Part shown: piece by piece, positions 19,258-29,554 of the stretch
How the letters are laid out: each line of letters begins with the position of its first letter
How positions within the stretch are numbered: the first letter of the stretch is position 1
Origin: a virus
DNA length: 64,000 nt
Reading direction: 5' to 3' (one strand)
Virus record (IMG/VR): IMGVR_UViG_3300013131_004609
Span: 4,751 to 68,750 of that record
Notes under the pieces: generated by a model
What the model was told of the DNA's origin: nothing
Database searches by the model: none
The model's input: only the letters and a program-made list of their open reading frames with translations
Translations under genes and position numbers: made by a program

Positions 19258-19548
19258 CTATTCTATGTTTTCTAAAGTCTCGTCGAGAACTTTTGCTACT
19301 TTCAATACGGAATTTTTTGCGATTACCATGTCTTGTATCAACTCCTTCACGACGGGCTCATCTGAGAAGACTTCTATTTTTGTCTTCTTGTCCATTGCTT
19401 CTATTTGCTCTTCAAGAATGTCAAGAGACTCAGAGAGAGACAGACTTACATCTTCAAGCTTTTCGAACAACTCTATGTTCTTTCTTACACTGAAGAAGGC
19501 AACAGCAGAAGTCGATAGAAGAGTTAATGTTAAGAGAAAAATCGTCAA
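19258..19548 (-). CDS. Small membrane-anchored coiled-coil protein
   Basis: Hydrophobic N-terminus then heptad-rich helix; TTG start overlapping upstream stop. Confidence 0.55.
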   Translation of the reverse strand: MTIFLLTLTLLSTSAVAFFSVRKNIELFEKLEDVSLSLSESLDILEEQIEAMDKKTKIEVFSDEPVVKELIQDMVIAKNSVLKVAKVLDETLENIE

Positions 19549-20741
19549 ATTAGACCTTGTGTGGCTTCATTGTACATTTTTTTGATCGTCTCAATCGAGT
19601 AGATTTCTGTTAATTTCTCTTGAAGCTCTTTAGCCCATTCTCTCGGTATGGAAGAACTATTTTTGAACTTCAAAATTTTTCTCTTGAAATCTTCTTCTTT
19701 CGTCTGAGACCACTTAGCGTCTTTCATGAATATCTTATTGTCTACACGTGACGGGTGTATTTCGTTCAACGCATAGTCCACAGCCACGTACTTTCCATGG
19801 GACAGAAAATCTACATGACCAGACCAGGCAGTTGCAACTACCGGTAGGCCTGACGCAGCAGCTTCTAGTATCGGGAGACCGTAACCTTCTCCTCTTGTAA
19901 GCGACACTAATGCCTTTACTTGACTGTGTCTGTAGAGGCTTGCTACTTCTTCATCACTCATGTCTCCATGAAGCAGGTGTATCCTTGGAAAAGGTCCTCT
20001 TCTAACTTCTTTTACGAGACTTTCGAATGTCTGCCTTACTATCTTCTTGTCTATGTGTGTGTTTCTACCGGAGTTTGTCTTTATGATTATGCCGACATCT
20101 TTATCGTTCTTGAAGACTTCACACAACCACTTGACTGTGTAGAAGATGTTCTTTCTCTCATTCTCCGGATTGTTTCCTGTTAGCTGTCCAAAGATTAGAA
20201 AGTTGAAAGGAGTACCGAAGACGACATCATCAACTTTTGTTTTTATCTCTTTAGCAATAGCTTCACAATATGCTTCTGGTATTACGTGAAGTGGTACATT
20301 TAACTTTCCTGTTTGAGTCAGGCAGTTCTTGGTGTGTTTAGAGGGAACAATCACCATGGACATTCTGTTGCAAGCACTCACCCAATCAGGATTACACCTG
20401 TCTGTCTCAACTCCTGCCGTGATTCCAATGTTAACTTTTGAAAGTCTTGTGTCCCACTCGTTCGGAAGTTGTATCTGAACTGTCGCATCGTAGTGACGTC
20501 CACCTGGGTCGACAGTCTTCTCCATTATCCTACCAATGAATCCATTGTCTGCATCTCTGTTGATTAGCCATGGAGTCTCTCCCCACGGCATGGCCTGATA
20601 TTCAACGTCCAGATCGTCTCTACATGAGAGCCACTTGGCAATTTGTCTTGTGTGGACACCGTAACCAGACTGAGTGAGTACGGGTCCTCGCACAAGGACT
20701 CTCTTCTTGTCATTGTTTAACTTGAATATTTCAGGATTCAT
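19545..20741 (-). CDS. Glycosyltransferase family 4 (GT-B)
   Basis: SGYG N-terminal motif, RKN, TRGEGYGLPILEAAASGLPV (EX7E). Confidence 0.9.
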   Translation of the reverse strand: MNPEIFKLNNDKKRVLVRGPVLTQSGYGVHTRQIAKWLSCRDDLDVEYQAMPWGETPWLINRDADNGFIGRIMEKTVDPGGRHYDATVQIQLPNEWDTRLSKVNIGITAGVETDRCNPDWVSACNRMSMVIVPSKHTKNCLTQTGKLNVPLHVIPEAYCEAIAKEIKTKVDDVVFGTPFNFLIFGQLTGNNPENERKNIFYTVKWLCEVFKNDKDVGIIIKTNSGRNTHIDKKIVRQTFESLVKEVRRGPFPRIHLLHGDMSDEEVASLYRHSQVKALVSLTRGEGYGLPILEAAASGLPVVATAWSGHVDFLSHGKYVAVDYALNEIHPSRVDNKIFMKDAKWSQTKEEDFKRKILKFKNSSSIPREWAKELQEKLTEIYSIETIKKMYNEATQGLI

Positions 20742-21991
20742 ATCTCTTCGATCTTCCATCGTGGTGTATTGCCGCTTTTCCAATCATCTATTGCTTTTTC
20801 AAGGGACTTATCCCATTCAGTAACGACTCTTGTCAGGTCGTACTCCTTCTTGGCTCGCTCCATGGCTCTTTTCCCAAGTTCTTCTCTTGCGTCAGGACCC
20901 ATTTCGTACATCTTCATGAAGGAGTCTCTCAGAGTTTTGTGAGAAACAAAATCTTCATAGATGTAGGGAACCATGTGATTTCCTACCATCGTACGAACTT
21001 CTGGTTCCATTCCTATCCCGAACTGCTCACCTGAATCGGGATCTTCTACTTGTCTTGTCAGACCACCCGTTTTTAGAACTATGATGGGTTTACCGCACAT
21101 CATCATCTCAAGTGTGGGAAGTCCAAATCCTTCATTGCAACTCCTGTTGACGATAGTGTCGCATGCGTTGTATAACAACTTCATCTCATTGAAGCCTATC
21201 CTGTCCTTCGAGAACATCACGTTATTCTTAATACCGAGGACGTCTATGACCTGGAATAGGTTTGTACCTTCTTGGTCCATCGGATCTGTGTGCATCACAA
21301 GAGTTGCATTCTTGTGACCGTGCTTTTTCTCTAGCTCCTCGAGAAACATCTTCCAGGACTGAAGAATGTCACTTGGCATCTTTCTCCTAGCGTTTCTAGA
21401 GACGTACAGGCAAGTAAAATGATCGACTCTGTCTGCTCCTAGAAGCTTCTTTTTGAATGTCAAGGACTCATCCTTGGGCATCGGATAATACAGGTCATTC
21501 GGAACTGCGTGAGGAATGTAGTTAGTCCTCTCTGGGAACCTTTCTTTAACCATCTCGTATGTCGGATAGTTGATGCAGTTGATCAGATCAGTTGACTCGT
21601 ACAGCGGTTTATTGAAGTCTGGCCACGGTGGATTATCCCACAGGTGCCAGTAGACGATCGGGCAAATCTGATGTATCTCATCTTCCATCTCCCACGCCCA
21701 AATGAAAAAACGAGGGTCTGTGAAGAGAAACAAGGCGTCTGGTTTTACCTGGGCCAATGTCTTTCTTAGTAAGGCCTTGTCTCCAAATCCGTTCGTGGGC
21801 TTGATTATGAAGTCAGGATTAACTACGACGGTGTCGTAATTGTCATGCTTGATGGCACCGCCAAAGCATCTAAAAGTATACTTGCCTGTATTGATCAGAC
21901 CACTTATCAGCCACCTAGCTTGTGTCCCCACGCCCGAAGTTGAGAGCGGATGGTCCGACAGAAATAATATCGTCTTCTTTTGATTCTGCAT
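20738..21991 (-). CDS. Glycosyltransferase family 4 (GT-B)
   Basis: SDHPLSTSGVG, RNARRK, SCNEGFGLPTLEMMMCGKP. Confidence 0.9.
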   Translation of the reverse strand: MQNQKKTILFLSDHPLSTSGVGTQARWLISGLINTGKYTFRCFGGAIKHDNYDTVVVNPDFIIKPTNGFGDKALLRKTLAQVKPDALFLFTDPRFFIWAWEMEDEIHQICPIVYWHLWDNPPWPDFNKPLYESTDLINCINYPTYEMVKERFPERTNYIPHAVPNDLYYPMPKDESLTFKKKLLGADRVDHFTCLYVSRNARRKMPSDILQSWKMFLEELEKKHGHKNATLVMHTDPMDQEGTNLFQVIDVLGIKNNVMFSKDRIGFNEMKLLYNACDTIVNRSCNEGFGLPTLEMMMCGKPIIVLKTGGLTRQVEDPDSGEQFGIGMEPEVRTMVGNHMVPYIYEDFVSHKTLRDSFMKMYEMGPDAREELGKRAMERAKKEYDLTRVVTEWDKSLEKAIDDWKSGNTPRWKIEEI

Positions 21992-22036
21992 TGTCCCTAT
22001 ATTACCTAAAAACGAAAAGTTGTAACAAAAGTTTCG

Positions 22037-22855
22037 TTAAGTGCAGTGTTCTGTTCCCTTGTACTCGCAATAGGTACAGGAATCACGATTCTTTAAGGCG
22101 ATTCCTCGCTTAACAGACGTGATCATGTTGCTGACCACCTTGAGTGATTTCTTGATAGGAACTTCACCCATGGAGACAGAGAACAGCTCGCAGTGTTGAC
22201 CTGGTTTCGCTGACTTCTTGAGGATTACGAAGCCACATCGAATATCCTTGAAAGGCACCTGCGGATTCTTCTGGTGCCAGTAGTTCTTGTAGAGGGCCAA
22301 CTGTGCCTTCACCATCTCATCCGAACGTTTCTCTCGGCGCCAGCCATTTGCGGAAGTCTTCCAGTCGATGATCCAGTAGAGATCCTCTCCACGCTTACCT
22401 TTGCACTTGACGACGCCGTCGATGAATCCTTTGAAAGCGTGGGGATGACCTTCCACCGACTCGTATAAGGCGTGCTCAGCATCCACAACGGTCCAGCCAG
22501 GAAACTCCCTGTCCAGGAAGGCAGGAACCTCTAGAAGAATTGCTTCTGACTCTGCCTTGGCAACCTTTAAGGCTTTTTCTGAGAATTCTTCCTGACCGCT
22601 GTGCTTGGCCCAGGCCTCATCGAGGGCATCGTGGCACAGTTTCACATCCATCTCGCGAGTAAGCAGGTACTTTTCACATGATGCGTGAACCGCTGTGCCG
22701 AACTCCAGGACAGGGGATGGTTTGAAGAAATCGATCTTCTTCACGTGAGTGAGATTGTGTCTGTAGGAGCAGTCCTTCCAGGTCTTCACCTCAGAAAAAG
22801 AAACGTGAGGTTTGCCGGTGGGAAGCTCCTCATAAGAAGTCTTTTGATCTTGCAT
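22037..22855 (-). CDS. Cas4/RecB-like PD-(D/E)XK exonuclease
   Basis: S.S....W..C, G..VH, GFIDG, IDWKT, QLALY, C-terminal CTYCEYKGTEHC (Fe-S ligands). Confidence 0.85.
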   Translation of the reverse strand: MQDQKTSYEELPTGKPHVSFSEVKTWKDCSYRHNLTHVKKIDFFKPSPVLEFGTAVHASCEKYLLTREMDVKLCHDALDEAWAKHSGQEEFSEKALKVAKAESEAILLEVPAFLDREFPGWTVVDAEHALYESVEGHPHAFKGFIDGVVKCKGKRGEDLYWIIDWKTSANGWRREKRSDEMVKAQLALYKNYWHQKNPQVPFKDIRCGFVILKKSAKPGQHCELFSVSMGEVPIKKSLKVVSNMITSVKRGIALKNRDSCTYCEYKGTEHCT

Positions 22856-22956
22856 TGCAAGATAGTACTATCTAAAATTTCTTTAGTTTACTTGCTGTTT
22901 CTAGAAACAGCACTATAGATCACTCTCAATAACTGCTATGGTTTTTTGCTCATGTT

Positions 22957-23625
22957 TTAATCCTTCCAGGTCGCGCCTTTTTCAGTCCAAAAATGTCGAC
23001 ATTGTAGTGAAGGTTCTAGCAAAAAATGCTTCCCTAGTTCTACTTGATAGAGTGCCCAGTGTCTATCTTCTTTTCCGGCTAATGTCTCGTCAAACTTTAA
23101 CTGATCCCAATGTGATATTTTTATAAAAGAAAAAGCGTTGTGTAAAAAATACCTTGTTTCGTCCAATAAGGTATTTTCTTTTGGATTAACAACCAAATTT
23201 TCATATTGAAAATTAGCCCAAATATAACGTGGTGTAATCTTTTTTCCGTGCCTTACTGGTATCTGTTTTCCCATGACAGCAAAGCACTCTTCGTTAGAAA
23301 AATGAAATTGAAGAAGTTTATAATCAAATTTCGTAATTTCGCAGTGTGACGAAAGAATACCCGCAATATCACAACCTGACTCTTTTAGAAAAGAAATACC
23401 CATGTTTAAAGACTTACCAGGAGTATATTCTTTTTCTTCTAAATTTAGAATACTGATGTTGAAAAACTTTTTTGGAAAGCTTTTTACTACTTTTAGAGTA
23501 TCGTCTGTAGAATCGTTATCGATTACTACCACGGGTGTTTCGTTTCCAAAACAATCAAAAATTGATTGTAAAGAAAAACCTATATATTGTTCTTCATTGC
23601 GAGCTCGAACGACGAAGCCTAACAT
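22957..23625 (-). CDS. Glycosyltransferase family 2
   Basis: VVRARNEE, VIDNDSTDDT, LNMG, FDE...KED. Confidence 0.85.
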   Translation of the reverse strand: MLGFVVRARNEEQYIGFSLQSIFDCFGNETPVVVIDNDSTDDTLKVVKSFPKKFFNISILNLEEKEYTPGKSLNMGISFLKESGCDIAGILSSHCEITKFDYKLLQFHFSNEECFAVMGKQIPVRHGKKITPRYIWANFQYENLVVNPKENTLLDETRYFLHNAFSFIKISHWDQLKFDETLAGKEDRHWALYQVELGKHFLLEPSLQCRHFWTEKGATWKD

Positions 23626-23658
23626 GTAGCACAATATAACATGAAAGTATGTTGATGT

Positions 23659-24480
23659 TTATGCTTTATTGTCCCACCGTCCCCTGTATTTTTCTCTCAT
23701 TTCTTTTTCATTTTGAAGAAAATCAAGACCGTGATATTTCATCATCTTTTGCCTTATGCTTATGAAATCAGCAAGTTTTTTGAGGTCCGCCGGGAGAAGA
23801 GCAAACTTGTTGTCTCTTCCAGGTAGTTCTCTATCTATAGTGAAATGTTTTTCAATTACAGTTGCACCCAATTCCGCGGCCACTACTGCATCTTCTATTC
23901 CGAAGAAATGCCCGCTATATCCAATGACATTGTGTAAATTTTTTAGCTCAATAATTTTTTGCATGTTGCAAAACTCAGCGGGTGTTGGGTAGCTTGAAAC
24001 ACAATGCAAAAGAGAAAAATCGACTTTTTCATCTTTGAGCATATCAACAGCGCTAGAAATTTCTTCCCAAGTACACGTACCAGTAGATGCGTAAACATGG
24101 TGTGTACTTTTTCTTGAAAAATTTTGAATGATGGATCGAATCAAATCGCCGTTGGTTAACTCTGTGCTTGGTATCTTTATTTCGTTTGAAATTTGAGAAA
24201 CAAATTCAACGTCTGCCGAAGAAAAACAAGATGTAAAGAAAACAACATTGTTTTTCTTACAAACATCAAGAAGAAACAAATGATCTTCTTTGCTTAATTC
24301 TGCTTTTTGATAGATTTCTTTTCTTCCGTCGTAGTCCCACGGACCATTCTTTAATCTTTTTGTCGACCAAGTTTGAAACTTTACGTGAGTTGCTCCACTG
24401 GTTGCAGCTTCTTCAATCATCCTTTGAGCCAACTGCATATCTCCCATATGATTCCATCCAATTTCCGCTATTATTTTCAT
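23659..24480 (-). CDS. neuB: N-acylneuraminate (nonulosonate) synthase family, lacking C-terminal SAF domain
   Basis: IIAEIGWNHMGD, VKFQ, KIPS, STG, LHCVSSYPT, GYSGH, IEKHFTIDR.LPG.D. Confidence 0.9.
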   Translation of the reverse strand: MKIIAEIGWNHMGDMQLAQRMIEEAATSGATHVKFQTWSTKRLKNGPWDYDGRKEIYQKAELSKEDHLFLLDVCKKNNVVFFTSCFSSADVEFVSQISNEIKIPSTELTNGDLIRSIIQNFSRKSTHHVYASTGTCTWEEISSAVDMLKDEKVDFSLLHCVSSYPTPAEFCNMQKIIELKNLHNVIGYSGHFFGIEDAVVAAELGATVIEKHFTIDRELPGRDNKFALLPADLKKLADFISIRQKMMKYHGLDFLQNEKEMREKYRGRWDNKA

Positions 24481-24481
24481 T

Positions 24482-25429
24482 TTAACTTTCCGTCTGCTGT
24501 AACAATAATTCAAAAGCTCGTTTATATGCAATTTTTTGTGCGTCTACGGAACATCCGCCAATGTGAGGTGTGATAGTAACTTTTGATGAATCAAGATTAA
24601 AAAGAGGAGAAGTTACGTGAATTGAAAATTCATTTTCTAAAACATCACAAGCGTAATGAGAGATTTTCCCGTCTTGCAGTGATTCAAAAATAACTCTCTC
24701 GTCCACGATTTCACCTCTAGATGTGTTTATCAAAACGCAATTTGGTTTTGCATGCACGATATTTTCTTGATTAATCAAGTGATACGTCTTGGAGTTGACG
24801 TGCACATGCAAACTTATAGCATCGCTAATACTAAGAATTTTTTCTAATGAATCAACCTGATGTATCTCCGGATCATCGACTCTTACATAAGGATCGTATA
24901 CAAATACTTTTGAACCAAAAGATTTGGCGTAATTGCAAAACATGGTTCCAAGTCTTCCGTAGCCAACAACACCAACTTTTAAGTCTTTTACTTGTCTGCC
25001 TAAGTAAGACTGCCAACTCCACTCGCCTCTCCTGGCTGATTCACAGGCAGGTATTACATGCCTAATTGAATTCAACAGTAAACAAAAAGCTAATTCTGCC
25101 GTAGAAGTTATTGATTTTAAAGTTTCTAGCTCTTTGGTTATTGATATGACTTTTATACTTTTTTTCTGACAGTAATTCGTGTCAATATGGTTTAATCCTG
25201 TTGAAGCTGTGCAGATATAAGCAACGTTTGTACCTTCCAGCAGAGACTCGTCTATCACAAACCCTTGTTGATTTGGATTTGTGAATACTATTTTGAAATT
25301 ACTTTCTAGCAGTCGACGTCTAAGATCGATTTTTGAGATAGTCGGTGAGTATTCAACTTCATATTCTGAATCTAATAAGCTTTTAAAGCCTTCAATTTGT
25401 TCGATTGGCGTTATGCAGATTAACTTCAT
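24482..25429 (-). CDS. D-isomer-specific 2-hydroxyacid dehydrogenase
   Basis: TASTGLNHID, TAE, GVVGYGRLG, INTSRGEIVDE, DV..NE, TPHIGG. Confidence 0.9.
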   Translation of the reverse strand: MKLICITPIEQIEGFKSLLDSEYEVEYSPTISKIDLRRRLLESNFKIVFTNPNQQGFVIDESLLEGTNVAYICTASTGLNHIDTNYCQKKSIKVISITKELETLKSITSTAELAFCLLLNSIRHVIPACESARRGEWSWQSYLGRQVKDLKVGVVGYGRLGTMFCNYAKSFGSKVFVYDPYVRVDDPEIHQVDSLEKILSISDAISLHVHVNSKTYHLINQENIVHAKPNCVLINTSRGEIVDERVIFESLQDGKISHYACDVLENEFSIHVTSPLFNLDSSKVTITPHIGGCSVDAQKIAYKRAFELLLQQTES

Positions 25430-26114
25430 TTTTTTTCCTAATCATGATTCTGGCTAACTCTAGGTCTATTTCTTCATCTATATTTATAGATCTATTTTCC
25501 GGCATGATATAAGGGCGGCATATGCCACATGTCCTCTTTTTTTCTCTTAAGAAAGCAACTCTATCAAAAGCATAGATCGAACCATTTCTAACATAAGCAG
25601 GGGGAGATAAATCCTGTCTCCTAGATTCCGGTATTTCTGGATATACATCTACAAGCAGGTCATTTTCAATAAATTTTATCCTGCTGGGATGATGATCCCA
25701 AACTCTTACGACAGACACCGCCGAATCGGCATTTGATTCAATTAATTTCGAAATTACGCCATCAATGTCTTCTGCGGTTTTCAAAGGATTCGTACACATT
25801 ATTTCGACAACTATAGAATAGTCATTGTCTGTATTTTGCAATGTTTCCAATATTGCGGCGGCTGATGTTGAAGTATCGGTAGAATTTTGCTTCGATCTTT
25901 TGAAAGACTTTACGTGTTCCTTGCTAGCAAGTTTAATCACATCTTCATCATCGGTTGAAATTACATAATCATCGATATAATTGCTTTTCTTTACTTCATC
26001 TATGGTGTACTGAAGAAGTGGTTTGCCGCAAACATCAATAACGTTTTTCTTTTTTACTCTTTTTGATCCGCCACGTGCTAAAGTAATTGCTAAAACTCTT
26101 TTGTCTTTTATCAT
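25392..26114 (-). CDS. neuA: Acylneuraminate cytidylyltransferase (CMP-nonulosonate synthetase)
   Basis: LARGGSKRVKKKN...GKPL, STDD, TNPL, NGSIY, SINIDEEIDL. Confidence 0.9.
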   Translation of the reverse strand: MIKDKRVLAITLARGGSKRVKKKNVIDVCGKPLLQYTIDEVKKSNYIDDYVISTDDEDVIKLASKEHVKSFKRSKQNSTDTSTSAAAILETLQNTDNDYSIVVEIMCTNPLKTAEDIDGVISKLIESNADSAVSVVRVWDHHPSRIKFIENDLLVDVYPEIPESRRQDLSPPAYVRNGSIYAFDRVAFLREKKRTCGICRPYIMPENRSINIDEEIDLELARIMIRKKNEVNLHNANRTN

Positions 26115-26716
26115 TTTTTAAACCAAAGATAATCGTTTTTACCAATCTTTGCTTTTGAATAAAAACCAAGATTGGTCAGCGCTTCAGTCACTTTTAGATT
26201 CATCCCAAAGCTATCGTTATAAAGTAGTTCCACTAATACTGCTTTTGTTTCACTAAAAAAATCTGCACATTGCAAGATATAAAATTCGGAACCTTCTACA
26301 TCAATTTTCACAATGTGCGGTCTAATCTTTTCTTCATTTGCGTTCTTGAATTCAACTTCTATAGAGTCTTGTTTGTCGAAGATTCCAAACGTACCATTAT
26401 TGAACTTACCATCACTTCTCATACCGATAGTAAAAGTCCCATTTGAATTGAATAGACCGTATGGATGTAATACTAGCCTTGAATTATTTAACTTGTCAAG
26501 TTCTTGAAAATGTAATGGATGAGGCTCGTATGCATGAACTATTGAGTTAGGATAATGCTCCAAAAAACTTTCTGAAAAGTAACCGATATTTGCGCCGATG
26601 TCTGCTATAATCAATTTATCGCTATTTACATCATCAATCATGTTTTTGAGAAATATGATTTGATTTGATGCACTCTGCTTCAACGCATCTTTCTTTTTTA
26701 GAGTTAGTAATTCCAT
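26111..26716 (-). CDS. FkbM-family methyltransferase
   Basis: DIGANIGYFS, AYEP, KIDVEGSEF. Confidence 0.85.
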   Translation of the reverse strand: MELLTLKKKDALKQSASNQIIFLKNMIDDVNSDKLIIADIGANIGYFSESFLEHYPNSIVHAYEPHPLHFQELDKLNNSRLVLHPYGLFNSNGTFTIGMRSDGKFNNGTFGIFDKQDSIEVEFKNANEEKIRPHIVKIDVEGSEFYILQCADFFSETKAVLVELLYNDSFGMNLKVTEALTNLGFYSKAKIGKNDYLWFKK

Positions 26717-26727
26717 GTTGTTAACTT

Positions 26728-27852
26728 TTATAGAATCAAATTCTTAATATGATTTTTTATAGATTTACAAGAGTTGGTTGAAATGAAAAATTGATTGTCG
26801 ACATGATGAATTTTTTCATCGACTTTGATATCTGTAATTTTTTCTATATGAGTATCGTATAGTTCATCAGGAAAAATGACATCTTTCAAATAAGAAACTT
26901 TTGAATAATAAAGTTTATCCCTATAATTCATCGAATAACTTTTGATTTTCGAAAAATGAGTTTCCCATGCAACATGAGAACCAGACATATTAAACATTGC
27001 GTCTGAAAACATCATAGCTAAATAATGATCTTGGCTTTCAATTATAGTAGCATTCGGTATTACTTCTTTTAGAATTTGATATTGCGGTTTATGTGAATAT
27101 ATTCTCTTATAAATTCCCGTGAATTGAGATTCTAATTCATGAAAAATATAATCATGTGGGTACGTTTTTATCAACAGGTTGACATTATTATTGTTACAAT
27201 GCTCGGATAGTAATTTCAATTGCAACATATTTTGTTGAAATTGTTCTTTGTGCGAACCTGGGTTTGAAGGGCACACAAGAATAGACTTCGAGTCCATTTT
27301 TAGATCGTACTTGGCAAAAAAGCTCTTCTTACACTCTAGATCATAGACACCTGTAATGTAAGGATCATAATGAGGAGATCCAGTAACATATATTTTTTTC
27401 TCATCTATGCCTTTATTTTGTAACCATTGTTTCCAAATAGGAGCTTTAGCAAAGTAAATGGTAGCAAACATAGTTGCATTAGTCAGAATGTCAGCTCCAC
27501 CAACGTCCCACGCTGCCATAGGACAATGCATCATATTTCTTATTTCTTTAGGATAACGAGTTTTTGGAGCTATATGAGTTGATGTAACTACAATAGAATA
27601 ATCTTTAGAAATGTTGTAAAGATCACCCCAGTTCTTAATAGTTCTTAAGTTTTTTTCTTTTGTAAAGACATCAGTATTAAAATAATACTTTTCATTGCCT
27701 TGAAATTTTTTGTTGAGTCTAATGTCTTTTTCAAACATCAAGAGATCAACTTGATCTTCAAGTTCTTCTTTCAAAATCTTTAAAAGACTGATTCCATCGT
27801 AAGGAATGCTGCTCCAAAAAAAGTCTCCCAGTAAAATTGCTACTTTCTTCAT
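26728..27852 (-). CDS. GT-B fold transferase, candidate nonulosonate or polyol-phosphate transferase
   Basis: VTGSPHYD, LLIKTYPHD and S.VAWE patterns as in KpsS/TagF-like transferases; inside the NeuA/NeuB cassette. Confidence 0.55.
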   Translation of the reverse strand: MKKVAILLGDFFWSSIPYDGISLLKILKEELEDQVDLLMFEKDIRLNKKFQGNEKYYFNTDVFTKEKNLRTIKNWGDLYNISKDYSIVVTSTHIAPKTRYPKEIRNMMHCPMAAWDVGGADILTNATMFATIYFAKAPIWKQWLQNKGIDEKKIYVTGSPHYDPYITGVYDLECKKSFFAKYDLKMDSKSILVCPSNPGSHKEQFQQNMLQLKLLSEHCNNNNVNLLIKTYPHDYIFHELESQFTGIYKRIYSHKPQYQILKEVIPNATIIESQDHYLAMMFSDAMFNMSGSHVAWETHFSKIKSYSMNYRDKLYYSKVSYLKDVIFPDELYDTHIEKITDIKVDEKIHHVDNQFFISTNSCKSIKNHIKNLIL

Positions 27853-28589
27853 TTCTTTACTATGAGCCATCTTTCGAAATCGCCCGTTAGATGCATTTTT
27901 AATTCAAATGTATTGGTGTCCAAAGAGCTAAGAAACTCGTCAACAGCTATTCGAGCGCCTGGATACTTTAAGGAATAGTATTCATCAAGTACTATTATAC
28001 CGCCTTTAAGGACATTAGAAAATTGTGTCTCTAAGCAAATTTTGTAAGGATCGTATAAGTCACAGTCTATGTGAAGAACAGCTATTTCTTCTTTAAGATA
28101 AGGAAGTGTGTCTGCAAAATTACCTTTTACCAAAGTTATCTTTCTATCTTTTGACTCAGTGAATACTACTTCTTCTGGATTTGAAAAGTACTGTGTTGTG
28201 AGATGTTCTTGACTAGATAAAGAAACTAGCCTTTTCTTGCTTAATTCATAGTGAATTTTTGTTATTCTTCCTTCACTATGTAACTTTTCAAACATCTCGG
28301 GCTTGTCATTTTTGTTGACTTCTTCTGACTCAGGAAAACCTGAAAAAGTGTCATAACCGATAAAATTCCTGTCTATCTTTCTTAGTCTGCAAAATTCATT
28401 TGCTGTTAAAAGAGTGGTTCCCTTAAAAACACCACACTCAACGTAAGACCCTTTCAAATTTTTTGTTTTTTCAAGAGCATAGCATATTGTGAATACGTTG
28501 TCTCCAACTGAGAGACCCATATTTCTAACTGTCTCTCTTGACTTTAGAATATCTTTAGAAATCAAGTCGTATAATCTATCTTTTGACAT
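27849..28589 (-). CDS. TylF/MycF-family O-methyltransferase
   Basis: GSYVECGVFKG, YDTFSGFP, KGNFADTLP, LHIDCDLY, GGIIVLDEY, AVDEF. Confidence 0.9.
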   Translation of the reverse strand: MSKDRLYDLISKDILKSRETVRNMGLSVGDNVFTICYALEKTKNLKGSYVECGVFKGTTLLTANEFCRLRKIDRNFIGYDTFSGFPESEEVNKNDKPEMFEKLHSEGRITKIHYELSKKRLVSLSSQEHLTTQYFSNPEEVVFTESKDRKITLVKGNFADTLPYLKEEIAVLHIDCDLYDPYKICLETQFSNVLKGGIIVLDEYYSLKYPGARIAVDEFLSSLDTNTFELKMHLTGDFERWLIVKK

Positions 28590-28631
28590 CTCTGATAATT
28601 CTTGTTCTGAGTATTGATTTGGTTAAAATTT

Positions 28632-29546
28632 CTATTCTCTTCTTTTAGAGACGGCCCGACCTATTTGCTCTTCCCAATCTCTCTCTTCTTTTCTTCTCAC
28701 TTCAAGATTCTTTTCCCAAGCTGCAGTGAGGACTTTTGGGTCTACGCCGTTCTTCTTGGCAACATCGATCATTGCATTGATGTCCTTTGGGAAGCAGTGT
28801 CCTCCATAGCCTCTCGCACCATCAGGTCCTGGTACATTCCAGTGACTGTCTCCAAGACGTCTATCATACTTGGCATATTCTATCACCTTGTCGTAGTCTA
28901 CGTTGAGGCCCGATGCATCCAGAGCTTCACAGATCTGTGCCATCTCGTTGGCGAACGCAACTTTGACAGTTAGAAAGTTGTTTGTGAGGTACTTCACCAT
29001 CTCAGCTGTCGTAGAAGACGTCTTGACAATGGGAACTTTAGGAAAAGCCGACTGAAATACCTGCTTTACGACATTTATCCAAGGTCTTGGACCGCCTAGA
29101 ACTATTCTATTCTGATTTCTCATGTCGTCTAGCGCGTTGGCTTCAGTAAGAAATTCGGGGTTAAAGATCACGTGTAGTCCACGTTGAGAAAACTTTCTAT
29201 TCCAGGCTTCTGTCGATCCAGGCGGTACAGTTGATTTTACTACTGCTATCCGCTCTCCTGGGATCAGAGATAGCTTTTCTAAAACTTCTTCAACGATGCT
29301 AAGGTCTGCCGATCCATCTTCGTACATGGGGGTCGGAAGACACACGAAATACACATTCGAGAAGTCATCTACGCTTTCTGCATATGACACTAAATCACTC
29401 AGATTTTCTGTTCTGTACTCGTGAGACTCTTTCACGTACTTTCCGGCCTTGTCATATGCTAGAACTCTGAATCCGTGCTCAGAAAATACTGTCGTAAGAG
29501 ATCCACCTACAAAACCTTGTCCTATAACAGAGATGCTTTTGTACAT
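28632..29546 (-). CDS. UDP-glucose/GDP-mannose dehydrogenase family (short form)
   Basis: GQGFVG, VCLPTP, KSTVPPGST, NPEFLTE, AEMVKY..N, GYGGHCFPKD. Confidence 0.9.
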   Translation of the reverse strand: MYKSISVIGQGFVGGSLTTVFSEHGFRVLAYDKAGKYVKESHEYRTENLSDLVSYAESVDDFSNVYFVCLPTPMYEDGSADLSIVEEVLEKLSLIPGERIAVVKSTVPPGSTEAWNRKFSQRGLHVIFNPEFLTEANALDDMRNQNRIVLGGPRPWINVVKQVFQSAFPKVPIVKTSSTTAEMVKYLTNNFLTVKVAFANEMAQICEALDASGLNVDYDKVIEYAKYDRRLGDSHWNVPGPDGARGYGGHCFPKDINAMIDVAKKNGVDPKVLTAAWEKNLEVRRKEERDWEEQIGRAVSKRRE

Positions 29547-29554
29547 TTTTATCT

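Noticed and set aside
22037-22855. CRISPR-Cas system suggested by the Cas4-like gene
   Set aside because: No repeat-spacer array or other cas genes seen; solo Cas4-like nucleases are common in phages
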